Assembly (NCBI GenBank): GCA_965215365.1
Contig: CBDCDS010000003.1
Coordinates: 160,001-224,000 of the forward strand
Direction: 5' to 3'
DNA: 64,000 nucleotides
Origin: Gammaproteobacteria bacterium
GTDB taxonomy: Bacteria > Pseudomonadota > Gammaproteobacteria > Eutrophobiales > Eutrophobiaceae
Shown one piece after another: positions 20,155-28,742 of the stretch. Below the pieces are notes generated by a model, which had not been told where the DNA came from, made no database searches, and saw only the letters and a program-made list of their open reading frames with translations. A program made the translations under genes and the position numbers. Each line of letters begins with the position of its first letter. Positions within the stretch are counted from its first letter, which is position 1.

Positions 20155-20608
20155 TAAATTGCCGCGCCAGTTTTTTCGCTTCCTCCAGTTCTTCCGCCGA
20201 CAGGTTCTGTTCAGCTGTGGTGAGCGCGGCCATGGACTTCTTGTGCTCCTGCTCAGCGCCGGCGCGGTACCAGGCATACGCGTACTCGTAGTCTTTAGGC
20301 ACCCCTCTACCCTTCATGTAAAGCTCAGCTAGGTTATACTGGGCCTGTTTGATACCTTGTTCCGCAGCCTTGCGGAACCAACCCGCCGCTTCATCGTAAC
20401 TCTGTTCCACGCCGTGCCCGCGCAAATACATCATGGCGACATAGTATTGGGCAAGGCCGTGGTCAGCGGTTTCTGCAAGCGAACGCATGGTGTTGTAGGC
20501 CTGCTCATATTCCCCCCTGGAATAGGCAAACACACCGCTATAGAAGTCGGCAAACGCGGCGGGCGCGGACCAACACGCGAGCACAAAGACCAGCAAAAGT
20601 TTTTTCAT
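20108..20608 (-). CDS. Secreted Sel1-repeat protein
   Basis: Signal peptide; AQYYVAMMYLRGHGVEQSYDEAAGWFRKAAEQG and AQYNLAELYMKGRGVPKDYEYAYAW. Confidence 0.9.
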   Translation of the reverse strand: MKKLLLVFVLACWSAPAAFADFYSGVFAYSRGEYEQAYNTMRSLAETADHGLAQYYVAMMYLRGHGVEQSYDEAAGWFRKAAEQGIKQAQYNLAELYMKGRGVPKDYEYAYAWYRAGAEQEHKKSMAALTTAEQNLSAEELEEAKKLARQFIKDYAPKEENPPAGQ

Positions 20609-20615
20609 GGGTGGG

Positions 20616-20621
20616 ATTATA
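20616..20621 (-). promoter_or_regulatory. -10 box TATAAT 7 nt before the Sel1 gene ATG (possible leaderless transcript)
   Basis: Minus strand ggcTATAATcccacccATG; no SD. Confidence 0.5.
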
Positions 20622-20683
20622 GCCTATATTTTTTTCGGCGCCGGCGTTCAGTATTCTCGTGTGCGCGGGAATGAACCTGGGTC

Positions 20684-21352
20684 TCAACCCGGTTGATTGG
20701 TAAAAAAGGTCTTGATCTGGTTAGCCAGAGACTTGCAGGCGTTTTCTTGGACGCGGGCCAGTAGTGGCACCGGGATGATGACTGCCGGCATGAATGAGGT
20801 GCCTTTGGTTTCGGCGTTGATCTTGCCGGATAGGGCCAGTTCTTTGAAATCCCAGATACTGGCCTCGTAGTTGGCCTCATCCTTCCAGTAAGCAAACCCG
20901 AAACAACCGCCGCCGCCCGGTCCTACGGCGCAGGACACGGAGCCGGATTTATCCGTTCTTTCGGTGGCGCCGTCTATCCAGACGAAGTAGCGCAGGTTGA
21001 AATCGTTGAATTTCGAGGCAATCGCGGGGATTTGCGCCAGCCGGCCCAGGTTTTTCACGTCCATAGGCGCGGTGCTGGTCTCAAAATAGGGGTACATGCT
21101 GTCGACAAATTCCTGTTCCGGGATCACGTTGATGTCGGACTGGCCCTGGCGTAGCGATTGGCCGACACAACTGATGAAGTCATTCTCGGTTTCATAGCCG
21201 GAACTGTGCCGCCGTCCCAGCACCACGATGGCCTCGCCCCCGGCGATCATTGCCGTCGGCGCTTCCCGGTGCTCGTCGATCACGGTCGTGCTTTTGCAGC
21301 CAGACAGCAAGGCTGTGGCGAAGAGGACAGTGACGGCGGTCGGTATGTTCAC
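20684..21352 (-). CDS. Hypothetical lipoprotein of the VWA/ExbB operon
   Basis: Lipobox LLSGC; co-oriented with the operon; SCAVGPGGGGCFGF motif. Confidence 0.8.
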   Translation of the reverse strand: MNIPTAVTVLFATALLSGCKSTTVIDEHREAPTAMIAGGEAIVVLGRRHSSGYETENDFISCVGQSLRQGQSDINVIPEQEFVDSMYPYFETSTAPMDVKNLGRLAQIPAIASKFNDFNLRYFVWIDGATERTDKSGSVSCAVGPGGGGCFGFAYWKDEANYEASIWDFKELALSGKINAETKGTSFMPAVIIPVPLLARVQENACKSLANQIKTFFTNQPG

Positions 21353-21369
21353 GCTCGTAGCCTATTCAG

Positions 21370-21559
21370 GTTATTCATCCACAGATAACGCAGATAGTTA
21401 TTCATCCACAGATAACGCAGATTAACGCAGATTATTTCAGGAATCTTCGGTCGCATGTGCAAAAGGAGAACAAGTAGTGGCGCTTAACAATGCCCATGCC
21501 CTCCGTATTTTCTGTAATGAAAAACTATCTGCGTTAATCTGCGTTATCTGTGGATGAAT
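21370..21559. repeat. Inverted-repeat element built from 9/10-nt CGCAGAT units (family 2, copy A)
   Basis: Perfect 33-bp IR 21400-21432 / 21527-21559 (attcatccacagataacgcagattaacgcagat) around a 94-bp core; 26-bp tandem duplication at 21370-21395 / 21397-21422. Confidence 0.9.
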
Positions 21560-22163
21560 CAAACTGCTCCAGCCAGGCGCTGACGTTTGCCACTTTCGAA
21601 AAGCCAAGCGCAAATCTGGCGCCGGCGTCGCGTAAGGCCTGGTTGACCGCAGCGTTAAGGCCCTTGTTGCGGCTTTTCATAAATTCGGTGGAAGATTTGC
21701 CGTAACCGGTCACCGACCAGTTGGCAATGGCGCTGCCGTCCCGGTTGTAGAGTTCCACGTGGTACTTGATCCAGGCCTCGTAGAAGTCCGTCTTAGTCTC
21801 TGCTGGCAGGGCAAACTGCATTTCTGAGATGCTGGGCAGCAACACTGCGTGCACCTCGACCCGGGTGTTGGTTGTTGGCACTTCCGTGACCTCAGCGAAC
21901 ATGGCAGTCAGGATTTGCTGAAACAGGGCCAGATGGGAGGCGCCGCTGTCGATCTTCCATTCGGGCCGGTCTTCGGAATCTTCCTCGTAAACGTAATTAC
22001 GCAACTCGTCCGTATAGACTACCCCCATTTTCACCGGCAGGCGGGAGACGACCGGACTGGGAATCTCGCTGTCCACCCGCAACGACATGGACTGTTGGCA
22101 GGCAGTGAGGAACAACGCCAGCCCGAGCGGGGCAATGAGTTTATACAACACCTGTATGCGCAT
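21534..22163 (-). CDS. Hypothetical lipoprotein; last codons and stop come from repeat element A
   Basis: Lipobox FLTAC; C-terminal SSTDNAD* is read from the IR arm. Confidence 0.8.
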   Translation of the reverse strand: MRIQVLYKLIAPLGLALFLTACQQSMSLRVDSEIPSPVVSRLPVKMGVVYTDELRNYVYEEDSEDRPEWKIDSGASHLALFQQILTAMFAEVTEVPTTNTRVEVHAVLLPSISEMQFALPAETKTDFYEAWIKYHVELYNRDGSAIANWSVTGYGKSSTEFMKSRNKGLNAAVNQALRDAGARFALGFSKVANVSAWLEQFDSSTDNAD

Positions 22164-22187
22164 ATTCACAGATTAGCACAAATACAA

Positions 22188-22325
22188 TCCGCAGATGACG
22201 CAGATGGGCGCAGATATTTTCGATGATTCATGGATGCTTTAGGTTGCCCCCTGCATTGACGATGGCGAGCAGAAAAATTTTGAAATTCCTGAAAATAATC
22301 TGCGTTCATCTGCGGCATCTGCGGA
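22188..22325. repeat. Inverted-repeat element, family 2, copy B
   Basis: Arms tccgcagatgacgcagatgggcgcagat (22188-22215) and atctgcgttcatctgcggcatctgcgga (22298-22325), 3 mismatches; core unlike copy A; abuts the VWA gene stop. Confidence 0.85.
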
Positions 22326-23330
22326 CTAAAATGCCCGGCCTGGCTCGTTCAGACCTACATAAGCCCCGCCGTTCTCGTGAGTGAGTTGGCGCATGAGGGC
22401 GGCGAAATGCCTGTTAGTCAGCTGGAAGTGTTCGGGGGCGCTGGCGGGAACCGGGAAGCCAACTGCGTGGATGCGCACTTTGGTGTTGCCGTGCTGGTCT
22501 TTCGGGTTGATGCGTTCCACCGCGTCCAGCACTTGCCTGATTGAACCGGAAAATTCATCGCCGTACACGTAAATGCTGATCTTCTTGCCGGGGTCGTAAA
22601 ACGTGCGGATCGCTTGGGTAATCCCCTCCACCGGGCTGCTGTTGCTGAAGGTGCGCCAACTGCGCAAAGTCCTGATGATGACCCGGCGCCGGCCTTCGGT
22701 GTCGGGTATCCATCTGCGCCGGTATTGGGAGAACAGGTACTCACCCATGTCGCTCATGATCTGTATGCCTTGCAGGCGGGGATAGACGTCCAGAGTGGTG
22801 ATTAACTGCTTGATCATGTTTTCCCAGTGACTGTTGACCATGCTGCCTGAGGTGTCGATGATGAAGATGACGTACTCGCTGTCCACCGGAATGCCGCCGA
22901 TCAGGCCGCTCTGCGCCCGATCGGTCTGCGCCAGCAAGCGTTTCATCTCCGCCGTCAGAGTTTGCAGGGCCAGTTCAAATTCACCCTTGATGATCTCGCC
23001 CACGGCAGAATCGTCGCGCACGCTGTTATAGCGCAGCTCCTCTTGCACCAGTTCCGCCTCCAGGCGCGCCACCCGTTGCCGCCACTCGGAACGCTGTTCG
23101 TGTTTGGCGTTCAGTTCCCGGTCCAGAACTTTCGCCTCGCCGCGAATTTCAAACAACTGGATCTGTAATTCCCGCACGATGCCTTGCAGAGATTCCTGGG
23201 CGCGCTCCAGGATGGGGCTGTCACCGGTTTTGGCGATCATCAGCAACAAGATGATAGCGCCGAAGCCGCAGGTGATGACGTCCAGGAAGGAAATGCTGAA
23301 CGCCTCGTTCTCGCGCCGTTTTTTCCTCAT
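22326..23330 (-). CDS. Membrane-anchored coiled-coil + VWA domain protein
   Basis: N-terminal TM SFLDVITCGFGAIILLLMI; coiled coil; MIDAS FIIDTSGSM. Confidence 0.85.
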   Translation of the reverse strand: MRKKRRENEAFSISFLDVITCGFGAIILLLMIAKTGDSPILERAQESLQGIVRELQIQLFEIRGEAKVLDRELNAKHEQRSEWRQRVARLEAELVQEELRYNSVRDDSAVGEIIKGEFELALQTLTAEMKRLLAQTDRAQSGLIGGIPVDSEYVIFIIDTSGSMVNSHWENMIKQLITTLDVYPRLQGIQIMSDMGEYLFSQYRRRWIPDTEGRRRVIIRTLRSWRTFSNSSPVEGITQAIRTFYDPGKKISIYVYGDEFSGSIRQVLDAVERINPKDQHGNTKVRIHAVGFPVPASAPEHFQLTNRHFAALMRQLTHENGGAYVGLNEPGRAF

Positions 23331-24412
23331 GGCCAGTCCTCGCTGGGGATGAGGAAGGCGCCGTTGGTGCTCATGGCCAGACGCCAGAAGGCAAAAGCCG
23401 CGTTGGGGTCGCCTTCCATGGGCGCCAGGATCACATTCATCGGTATGCCACCGGGCAGACGTTCTACCGCCCGGGTAAACAAGTCCAAGCGTTGCTTGCC
23501 AGTGATGGTCGCCCCGCGTACCCGTTTGGAACCCTGAGTAGGCAAGCCGTCGGTGATCAGATAGACGTTATCGGGCCGGGGCCGCAGCTTACTGATAGTA
23601 ACAAAGGCCTGCTCCAGATTAGTGCCGCCTTCCGGCACGATCCGGCCCAGGGCTTCGATCATCGCGTTCAATTTCGCCTTGTTGCTGACCTCCAGCCACT
23701 TCCCGGCCAGCCCCGGTAACAATGCGCGCGCTTTTGTATTGAACACGTAGATCTGGTACTGGCTGTCCCTGGGCAGCCGCGCGCTGAGCCAGTCCACCAT
23801 CCTTAACGTCTGCACCCATTTCGGCGCGTTGCGTTTTACGCCGTCACGCATGTTGCGAAAGCGGATGATATTGACGATGGTATCGTCCAGCATGCTGCTG
23901 GAGACATCCAGCAGGATGAGGATACGCTTGCCGTCCAGCTTCAGCCCGGTCAGATACTCGCGCTTGCCGTCACCGACCAGACGCCGGACATCGCTGCCGC
24001 GGTCCTTCAGATCTTCCTGCAACTGTTGCTTCTGTTCCTCCAGTTGCTTGATGTTGAGCTTCAGTTGCTCCAGCTCTACGCTGCTGGTAGTCTCCGACAG
24101 TTGTTCGATCAAGGCGCGCGTCTCCTCTATTTTCGCCATAATGCGCCGCGCCATGCCCTGCGCCACGACCAGTTCCTCGTCGATTTCCGAGATGGTGTTG
24201 CGGGTTTTGGCGAGGTTCTGCCGGCCTTCCAGTATTTCCTCTTCCAGCAACATCACCTCAGCGGTCTGCTCCCGGTTATTAACGGGAATGGGCACGTTGG
24301 TATCGACGTTATGCTTGATGATGAGGAACAACAGCACCGCCGAGCCGAAGCCGCAGGACATGATGTCCAGAAACGATAGGCTGAAGGGAGTAAGCAGTCT
24401 GCGGTTACGCAC
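23327..24412 (-). CDS. Membrane-anchored coiled-coil + VWA domain protein (paralog)
   Basis: SFLDIMSCGFGSAVLLFLII; MIDAS LLDVSSSM, GGTNL, LITDGLP. Confidence 0.87.
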   Translation of the reverse strand: MRNRRLLTPFSLSFLDIMSCGFGSAVLLFLIIKHNVDTNVPIPVNNREQTAEVMLLEEEILEGRQNLAKTRNTISEIDEELVVAQGMARRIMAKIEETRALIEQLSETTSSVELEQLKLNIKQLEEQKQQLQEDLKDRGSDVRRLVGDGKREYLTGLKLDGKRILILLDVSSSMLDDTIVNIIRFRNMRDGVKRNAPKWVQTLRMVDWLSARLPRDSQYQIYVFNTKARALLPGLAGKWLEVSNKAKLNAMIEALGRIVPEGGTNLEQAFVTISKLRPRPDNVYLITDGLPTQGSKRVRGATITGKQRLDLFTRAVERLPGGIPMNVILAPMEGDPNAAFAFWRLAMSTNGAFLIPSEDWP

Positions 24413-25719
24413 TATGTCAGGACTCTGATCAGCGCGAATTCACGGTCGCAGTGGGCAAAGCTGATGGTGTCGCCCGGCCTGAGGTCGGTATTGCTTGCGG
24501 CGGCCCGACCGTTGACGTAAACCGCGCCATGGCTTGCCGGAAACAGGGTTGCCGTGGCGTCGTTCAGGGCTACCGAGCAAAGCGGGTTGTGGCTGTCGGA
24601 CTGCACCGGCGCGCCCTGCGCAGACAGGTATAGCGGCATCGCCCCCAGCGGATAGGCCTCGACGCCGGCTAGGATATGGGTTGGGCTGGCTTGTTGTGCC
24701 AAGACTGCCGGCGCGGTAACGCCAATTGCCGGCTGTGCAGTGGCCGCAAGCTGAGTGACGAAGTAAATCGCTGCGCCGGCCTTGCGCTGTTGCTGCACAT
24801 AGTCCATACAACCGGCATATACGGCGCACACGTCCAAGGTATCGACCTGCGGGGTGACTCGCGTCAGCTGTTCGACAACAGCCGGCAAGCCGGCCAGACG
24901 CGGGTGCAGCAACGCCACCCGGTCGCTCTCGACGGCAGCGCTGAGCTTGTCGTACAACGGTTGTAACGCCGCCACCAGTTGCTCCCGGCCCACCCGGGCC
25001 TGGTAACGGGCCTGCTCAAATTCAATATCGACCTGCGTCTCAGCCCCCTGCGCCAGTTCGCGCAGACATTGCGCCATGCGGTTGCACAAGGCCTGTTCCG
25101 TTACTGCGTGGTGCAGGGGGTCAAAACGGGATTGCCGAATGAACAGGTCGGCAACATGGTTGACGCAGCTATCCTGAATTTCCAGCAACCCGACTTCATT
25201 GACAACCTGCACCGCCGTGCGCTGCACCGTGTCTGACACCTCCAGGGAAGTCATTACAGTCTGATGCAGGTGGATATCCAAGTGCACGTAACTCCCGGCA
25301 CCGGCCGTCGCCGCCAGCGCCGCGACAGCGCTGTCCACCAGACCCACCGCAGTAAACGGGGAGGCCTCCAACAGCCCCAGCAGCAGGGCCAGTTGCTCCG
25401 CGCTGAAACTACCCGGCACCGCCAGCGCCACCTGCTCCACCCCATCCGCCATTTCATGCAAAGACAGCAAATGGGCGTAGGCCAGATCGGCATTATGCCG
25501 CGCCAGTTTCGAGTGGTGCTTGAAGCCATCCTGATTAAGATCACTCCAAAACCGGCTGAAGGTATTACGCGGGTCAATATGGGTAGCCGCCAACGCCGCC
25601 CGCCCCAGCTCAACCCGATCCTCTTTGAGCACCGCAATGCCGGGGCTACTCACCACGACCTCACCGCCCCGGAAGAGCGTTACTCCGGCATCGTTGAGTT
25701 CAATGACGGCGGTGTTCAT
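24412..25719 (-). CDS. Hypothetical protein: degenerate Hsp70/actin-like fold plus C-terminal FHA-like domain
   Basis: AVIELNDAG, VALAVPGSFSAEQ...GLVDSAVAA and VHLDIHL resemble Hsp70 motifs; SHGAVYVNG...LRPGDTISF resembles FHA. Confidence 0.65.
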   Translation of the reverse strand: MNTAVIELNDAGVTLFRGGEVVVSSPGIAVLKEDRVELGRAALAATHIDPRNTFSRFWSDLNQDGFKHHSKLARHNADLAYAHLLSLHEMADGVEQVALAVPGSFSAEQLALLLGLLEASPFTAVGLVDSAVAALAATAGAGSYVHLDIHLHQTVMTSLEVSDTVQRTAVQVVNEVGLLEIQDSCVNHVADLFIRQSRFDPLHHAVTEQALCNRMAQCLRELAQGAETQVDIEFEQARYQARVGREQLVAALQPLYDKLSAAVESDRVALLHPRLAGLPAVVEQLTRVTPQVDTLDVCAVYAGCMDYVQQQRKAGAAIYFVTQLAATAQPAIGVTAPAVLAQQASPTHILAGVEAYPLGAMPLYLSAQGAPVQSDSHNPLCSVALNDATATLFPASHGAVYVNGRAAASNTDLRPGDTISFAHCDREFALIRVLT

Positions 25720-25728
25720 TTATATGCT

Positions 25729-25776
25729 TACCGCACCTGCAAATGCCGCAGCAGGTTGACGTCGCAGTAATGCTGT
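25729..25776. repeat. 48-bp direct repeat, copy 1 (3' end of the exbB/motA-like gene)
   Basis: taccgcacctgcaaatgccgcagcaggttgacgtcgcagtaatgctgt, identical to 27122-27169. Confidence 0.95.
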
Positions 25777-25874
25777 ACGAGAAGGAAAGTTATTTTATTC
25801 ATTGACAAACCTTTGTAGATGTGTCACAAAGTGGGTGTTGTAATTCCGAATTCCAAACACACTAGGAGACGAGT

Positions 25875-26457
25875 ATGACACAACTGACACACTACCTCAA
25901 AAATCGGGGGGGGGGGGGGTAACCCTGTAGCCGAGAAAATATCCGCAACGAAAGCTGCCCCTGTACCGGGAGCAGCGTTCCTGATTTTCGTGCTGGCGCT
26001 GCCCGCCGGTGGGGCGCTGGCCAACACGACTACCGGGATGATCGACGGCAATTATGCCGTGCAGTTGCCGGCCGGTATTTACATGCGCAACTCGAGGGGG
26101 TACACAACGGTCTGTATTCAAATCACTGGCAGTGGCAGCACTGCGACAGGGACAATTAAGGCCCGCAGGCACAATGGCACGTGGGAGAGTCTCACCGGCT
26201 CTAGGACGGTCACGTTACTCGGATTGGGCGTAGAAAACCCCTCAAATGACCAACTGGGAAGAAGAGAACGTGCTTGGCTGGCATCTTGGGGCCCCAGACC
26301 CACAAACTGGAACGGCAACAATCGCCGCTTTGATGAACATGGCTGGAGAGGCCACTTGACAAGCGGAAATGTATTGCGCGTTGCAGTGGATAATCATATC
26401 CTGAAAATGACCGGAGATGGCCGATTACCCATGACCCATGGGAGCAGCTGCCCGTAG
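25875..26457 (+). pseudogene. Secreted hypothetical protein frameshifted at a G14 tract (candidate phase-variable gene)
   Basis: SD AGGAG + ATG 25875 reads MTQLTHYLKNRGGGG*; G run 25906-25919; the next frame is open from there to 26457 with hydrophobic signal AFLIFVLALPAGGALA. Confidence 0.7.
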
Positions 26458-26476
26458 TAACTCGAACAACAAACCT

Positions 26477-26519
26477 TGATGGGGAGTCAGTCCTGAATTA
26501 ACCGACTGGCTCCTCATCA
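26477..26519 (+). terminator. Stem-loop downstream of the poly-G gene
   Basis: tgatggggagtcagtc / gactggctcctcatca, 16-bp stem with two G-U pairs; no clear U tract. Confidence 0.5.
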
Positions 26520-26537
26520 CTGTAAAGGCCACCTCTA

Positions 26538-26694
26538 ACCCGCAGCTCTCACCAAGTCGCTTGTTGCGTTGTGAAAAATGATTGCTCTCAATAAGTTATG
26601 GTAATACTGCTGCTCTTTCCACCTAACACGGTGCGCTTGATCCGCCCTCGCCAGTCTTGGTTCTGCCTGCGGGCAAACCCGCAGCTCTCACCAA
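26538..26694 (-). mobile_element. 137-bp right module of MITE family 1 (26538-26674) plus terminal stub (26677-26694)
   Basis: TA-acccgcagctctcaccaagtcgc...ttggttctgcctgcgggc, reverse-oriented match to the right part of the 241-bp element, then acccgcagctctcaccaa. Confidence 0.85.
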
Positions 26695-26698
26695 ATTA

Positions 26699-26938
26699 TC
26701 AGGCAACATGTATTTCCTCCCGGATGACCCGACGCAGAGTGCTTTCAAGGGGTTCACCCTGACGCTGCACATGGTGGCGTAGCGCGTCATTTATCAGGGA
26801 TTGATAATTTCCACCGCCCCGTACCTGATCCTTGACCCATTGAATAATATCCGGATCAAGTCGAATCGTAATACGTTCTTTCGCAGTTTTAACTATTGCC
26901 CCGCGTCTGCCTTCACTGAAATCATAATGTTCTCTCAT
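26699..26938 (-). CDS. brnA: BrnA family antitoxin
   Basis: MREHYDFSEGRRG...KERITIRLDPDIIQW...GGNYQSLINDALR. Confidence 0.85.
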   Translation of the reverse strand: MREHYDFSEGRRGAIVKTAKERITIRLDPDIIQWVKDQVRGGGNYQSLINDALRHHVQRQGEPLESTLRRVIREEIHVA

Positions 26939-26942
26939 AGTA

Positions 26943-27092
26943 TCAAGCCTCATATTGTCTGCGCTCTTGTTTGTTTGCCTTACGCGCCGAGATAAGACGA
27001 ACAATGTCTCCCGCCCGTTGCATACTCACAACTACCAATACCTGTAGATTGAAATCCAGTCCAATCGTGATAAGCCACTGCTCGTTGGCAGA
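26943..27092 (-). pseudogene. brnT: BrnT toxin, C-terminal half only
   Basis: NEQWLITIGLDFNLQVLVVVSMQRAGDIVRLISARKANKQERRQYEA*; in-frame TGA upstream, N-terminal half absent. Confidence 0.8.
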
Positions 27093-27120
27093 TCAGATAA
27101 ACTGTCGTTCCGAGCGTTAC

Positions 27121-27924
27121 CTACCGCACCTGCAAATGCCGCAGCAGGTTGACGTCGCAGTAATGCTGTGTATCCAGTACCAGTCGTTCCTGTAACAACT
27201 GTAGCTGGTGCATCAGGAACATGATGAAAATGCTGATGATCAAGGCGATGAAGGTGGAATTGAAGGCCACGCCCAGGCTCACGGTCACGCCGACAATATC
27301 CCCTTCCACAGCGCGGTGGGCCTGCCCTAAGGCCGCGCCGATGCCGCGCACTGTACCGATGAAGCCAATGGAAGGTATCGCCCAGATGATGTACCTGATC
27401 ATGGAAAGTTCGGAATCCAGCCGGTCGGATTCGGTATCACAGACCTCCCTGATGGCCGAGGACACATCCTGAATAGCCGCAGTGGAACCAAAGCGTTGCA
27501 ATGCCGCCTGCAGGGCGCGCGGCAACAGGTATTCCCGCTCATCCTGCGCCAACGCCTGCAACGGGCGCAGGTACTGGCGGGTATCCTCCGGCAAAATGGT
27601 AGCGCCGGGCGGCAACTCCAGCAGCGCGCGACCTAACAAGCGTCTTTCAGCGAGCGCCACCCTGGCTTTCCAGCCAATAATGGCAATGACCCACAGAGCT
27701 AGGATAAAACAGGCCTCTTGCTCAAAGTCTTTGATCACGATAAACACAGAGCGTTGTACCTCGTAGCCCTCCCCGACCTCCTGTTGCAAACGCTGCTCCT
27801 CCAGCAACGCCTCCGCATTCGGTCGCACTACCGCCACGTACAATGCATGCACGATAATGATCGCGGCGATCAAGGTAAACAACTGGTAGAAAAAATCTGT
27901 AGTCTGGTTGAGTCTCACAGTCAC
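27121..27924 (-). CDS. MotA/TolQ/ExbB proton channel family protein
   Basis: Four TM segments; WAIPSIGFIGTVRGIG and SLGVAFNSTFIAL match ExbB/TolQ TM2-TM3. Confidence 0.9.
   Translation of the reverse strand: MTVRLNQTTDFFYQLFTLIAAIIIVHALYVAVVRPNAEALLEEQRLQQEVGEGYEVQRSVFIVIKDFEQEACFILALWVIAIIGWKARVALAERRLLGRALLELPPGATILPEDTRQYLRPLQALAQDEREYLLPRALQAALQRFGSTAAIQDVSSAIREVCDTESDRLDSELSMIRYIIWAIPSIGFIGTVRGIGAALGQAHRAVEGDIVGVTVSLGVAFNSTFIALIISIFIMFLMHQLQLLQERLVLDTQHYCDVNLLRHLQVR
27122..27169. repeat. 48-bp direct repeat, copy 2
   Basis: Identical to 25729-25776; encodes QHYCDVNLLRHLQVR up to the stop. Confidence 0.95.
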
Positions 27925-27931
27925 ACCATGG

Positions 27932-28225
27932 TTATATGTCCACCGGAAAGTCTATGGAGTAATCCTCGGAAACTTCCTCGGTCGGGTCGAAGAGTTCTGG
28001 CGCGACTTGGGCTGCTTCCTCTTCATCCTGCTGTTCAGTAGTTTCCTGTTTTGCTTGTGCGGAGTTAGGTTCAGTGCCGTCGGGAACCTCTTGCGCTACC
28101 GCCGTAACAGCAGCAAACAAAACAAGCAAAAGAGCCGTTCTATAACATCGCAGAATACCTTTGCGCTTTTGGCTATCTACTATTTTCAATTTACGAACAT
28201 GATTTGTGTTCTTCGCAGCTTCCAT
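27932..28225 (-). CDS. Small exported acidic protein of the operon (start uncertain)
   Basis: Signal-like TALLLVLFAAVTAVAQ; acidic tail FDPTEEVSEDYSIDFPVDI. Confidence 0.65.
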   Translation of the reverse strand: MEAAKNTNHVRKLKIVDSQKRKGILRCYRTALLLVLFAAVTAVAQEVPDGTEPNSAQAKQETTEQQDEEEAAQVAPELFDPTEEVSEDYSIDFPVDI

Positions 28226-28330
28226 TTATTCTTCCAGTAAAGTTTCAATTTCACGGGCTAGGGCGGGCAGGTTTGTACGACATCCCATACCACGAATGTC
28301 GTACAGATACTTCCGCGCTTCAAGTTTCAT
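28226..28330 (-). pseudogene. Internally deleted HepT/DUF86 (HEPN) toxin remnant
   Basis: SD GAGG + MKLEARKYLYDI joined to (shifted frame) VVWDVVQT / NLPALAREIETLLEE*; central RxxxxH region absent. Confidence 0.6.
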
Positions 28331-28393
28331 AAGGTAACCTCTAAAAATACCCTCCGTGGACGCAACCCTCGCCCCATAATTCCAATGATGCGT

Positions 28394-28713
28394 TCAGCGC
28401 GGGATTAGCCTGCACGACAAATCTTGCAGGCGTTTCACCAGTGCTGGAGAAAGGTACAAAGATTCAACCGTTTCATCTTCATTCCCCAATAGGGTAGCCT
28501 GACTTGATCTGCCAGCATAAACCGGCAGGTGTTTCAGACCAAGACTCCCAGGTAGTTTTTTTCCATGCACCCTGTTTCCCGTTTGCCCATCATAACTTAC
28601 GATGTAGGAAATATTGTCATCTTTCAACTCAAATCCGGTCAAGAGATGCACATTGTCATGCCTTACGTGAAGTTGGCCTTCGTTTCCCTTATTACCTCGA
28701 TGCTGTCCTTTTG
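28394..28713 (-). pseudogene. C-terminal fragment of a Dam-like DNA adenine methylase
   Basis: SYIVSYDGQTG...AGRSSQATLLG...ESLYLSPAL resembles the C-terminus of a Dam-family subgroup; no DPPY or SAM motif; frame begins at a palindrome. Confidence 0.55.
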
Positions 28714-28742
28714 AGGGTGCCTCTAATTAATAGAGGCACCCT
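28714..28742. repeat. 29-bp palindrome (collapsed IS/MITE ends or terminator)
   Basis: AGGGTGCCTCTA-attaa-TAGAGGCACCCT directly at the MTase stop codon. Confidence 0.7.

Noticed and set aside
25802-25830. TTGACA upstream of the poly-G gene as a promoter
   Set aside because: No convincing -10 at 16-18 bp spacing.
27121-27924. Channel gene as flagellar motA or Zorya zorA
   Set aside because: No MotB/OmpA-domain partner, no flagellar genes and no long ZorA tail.
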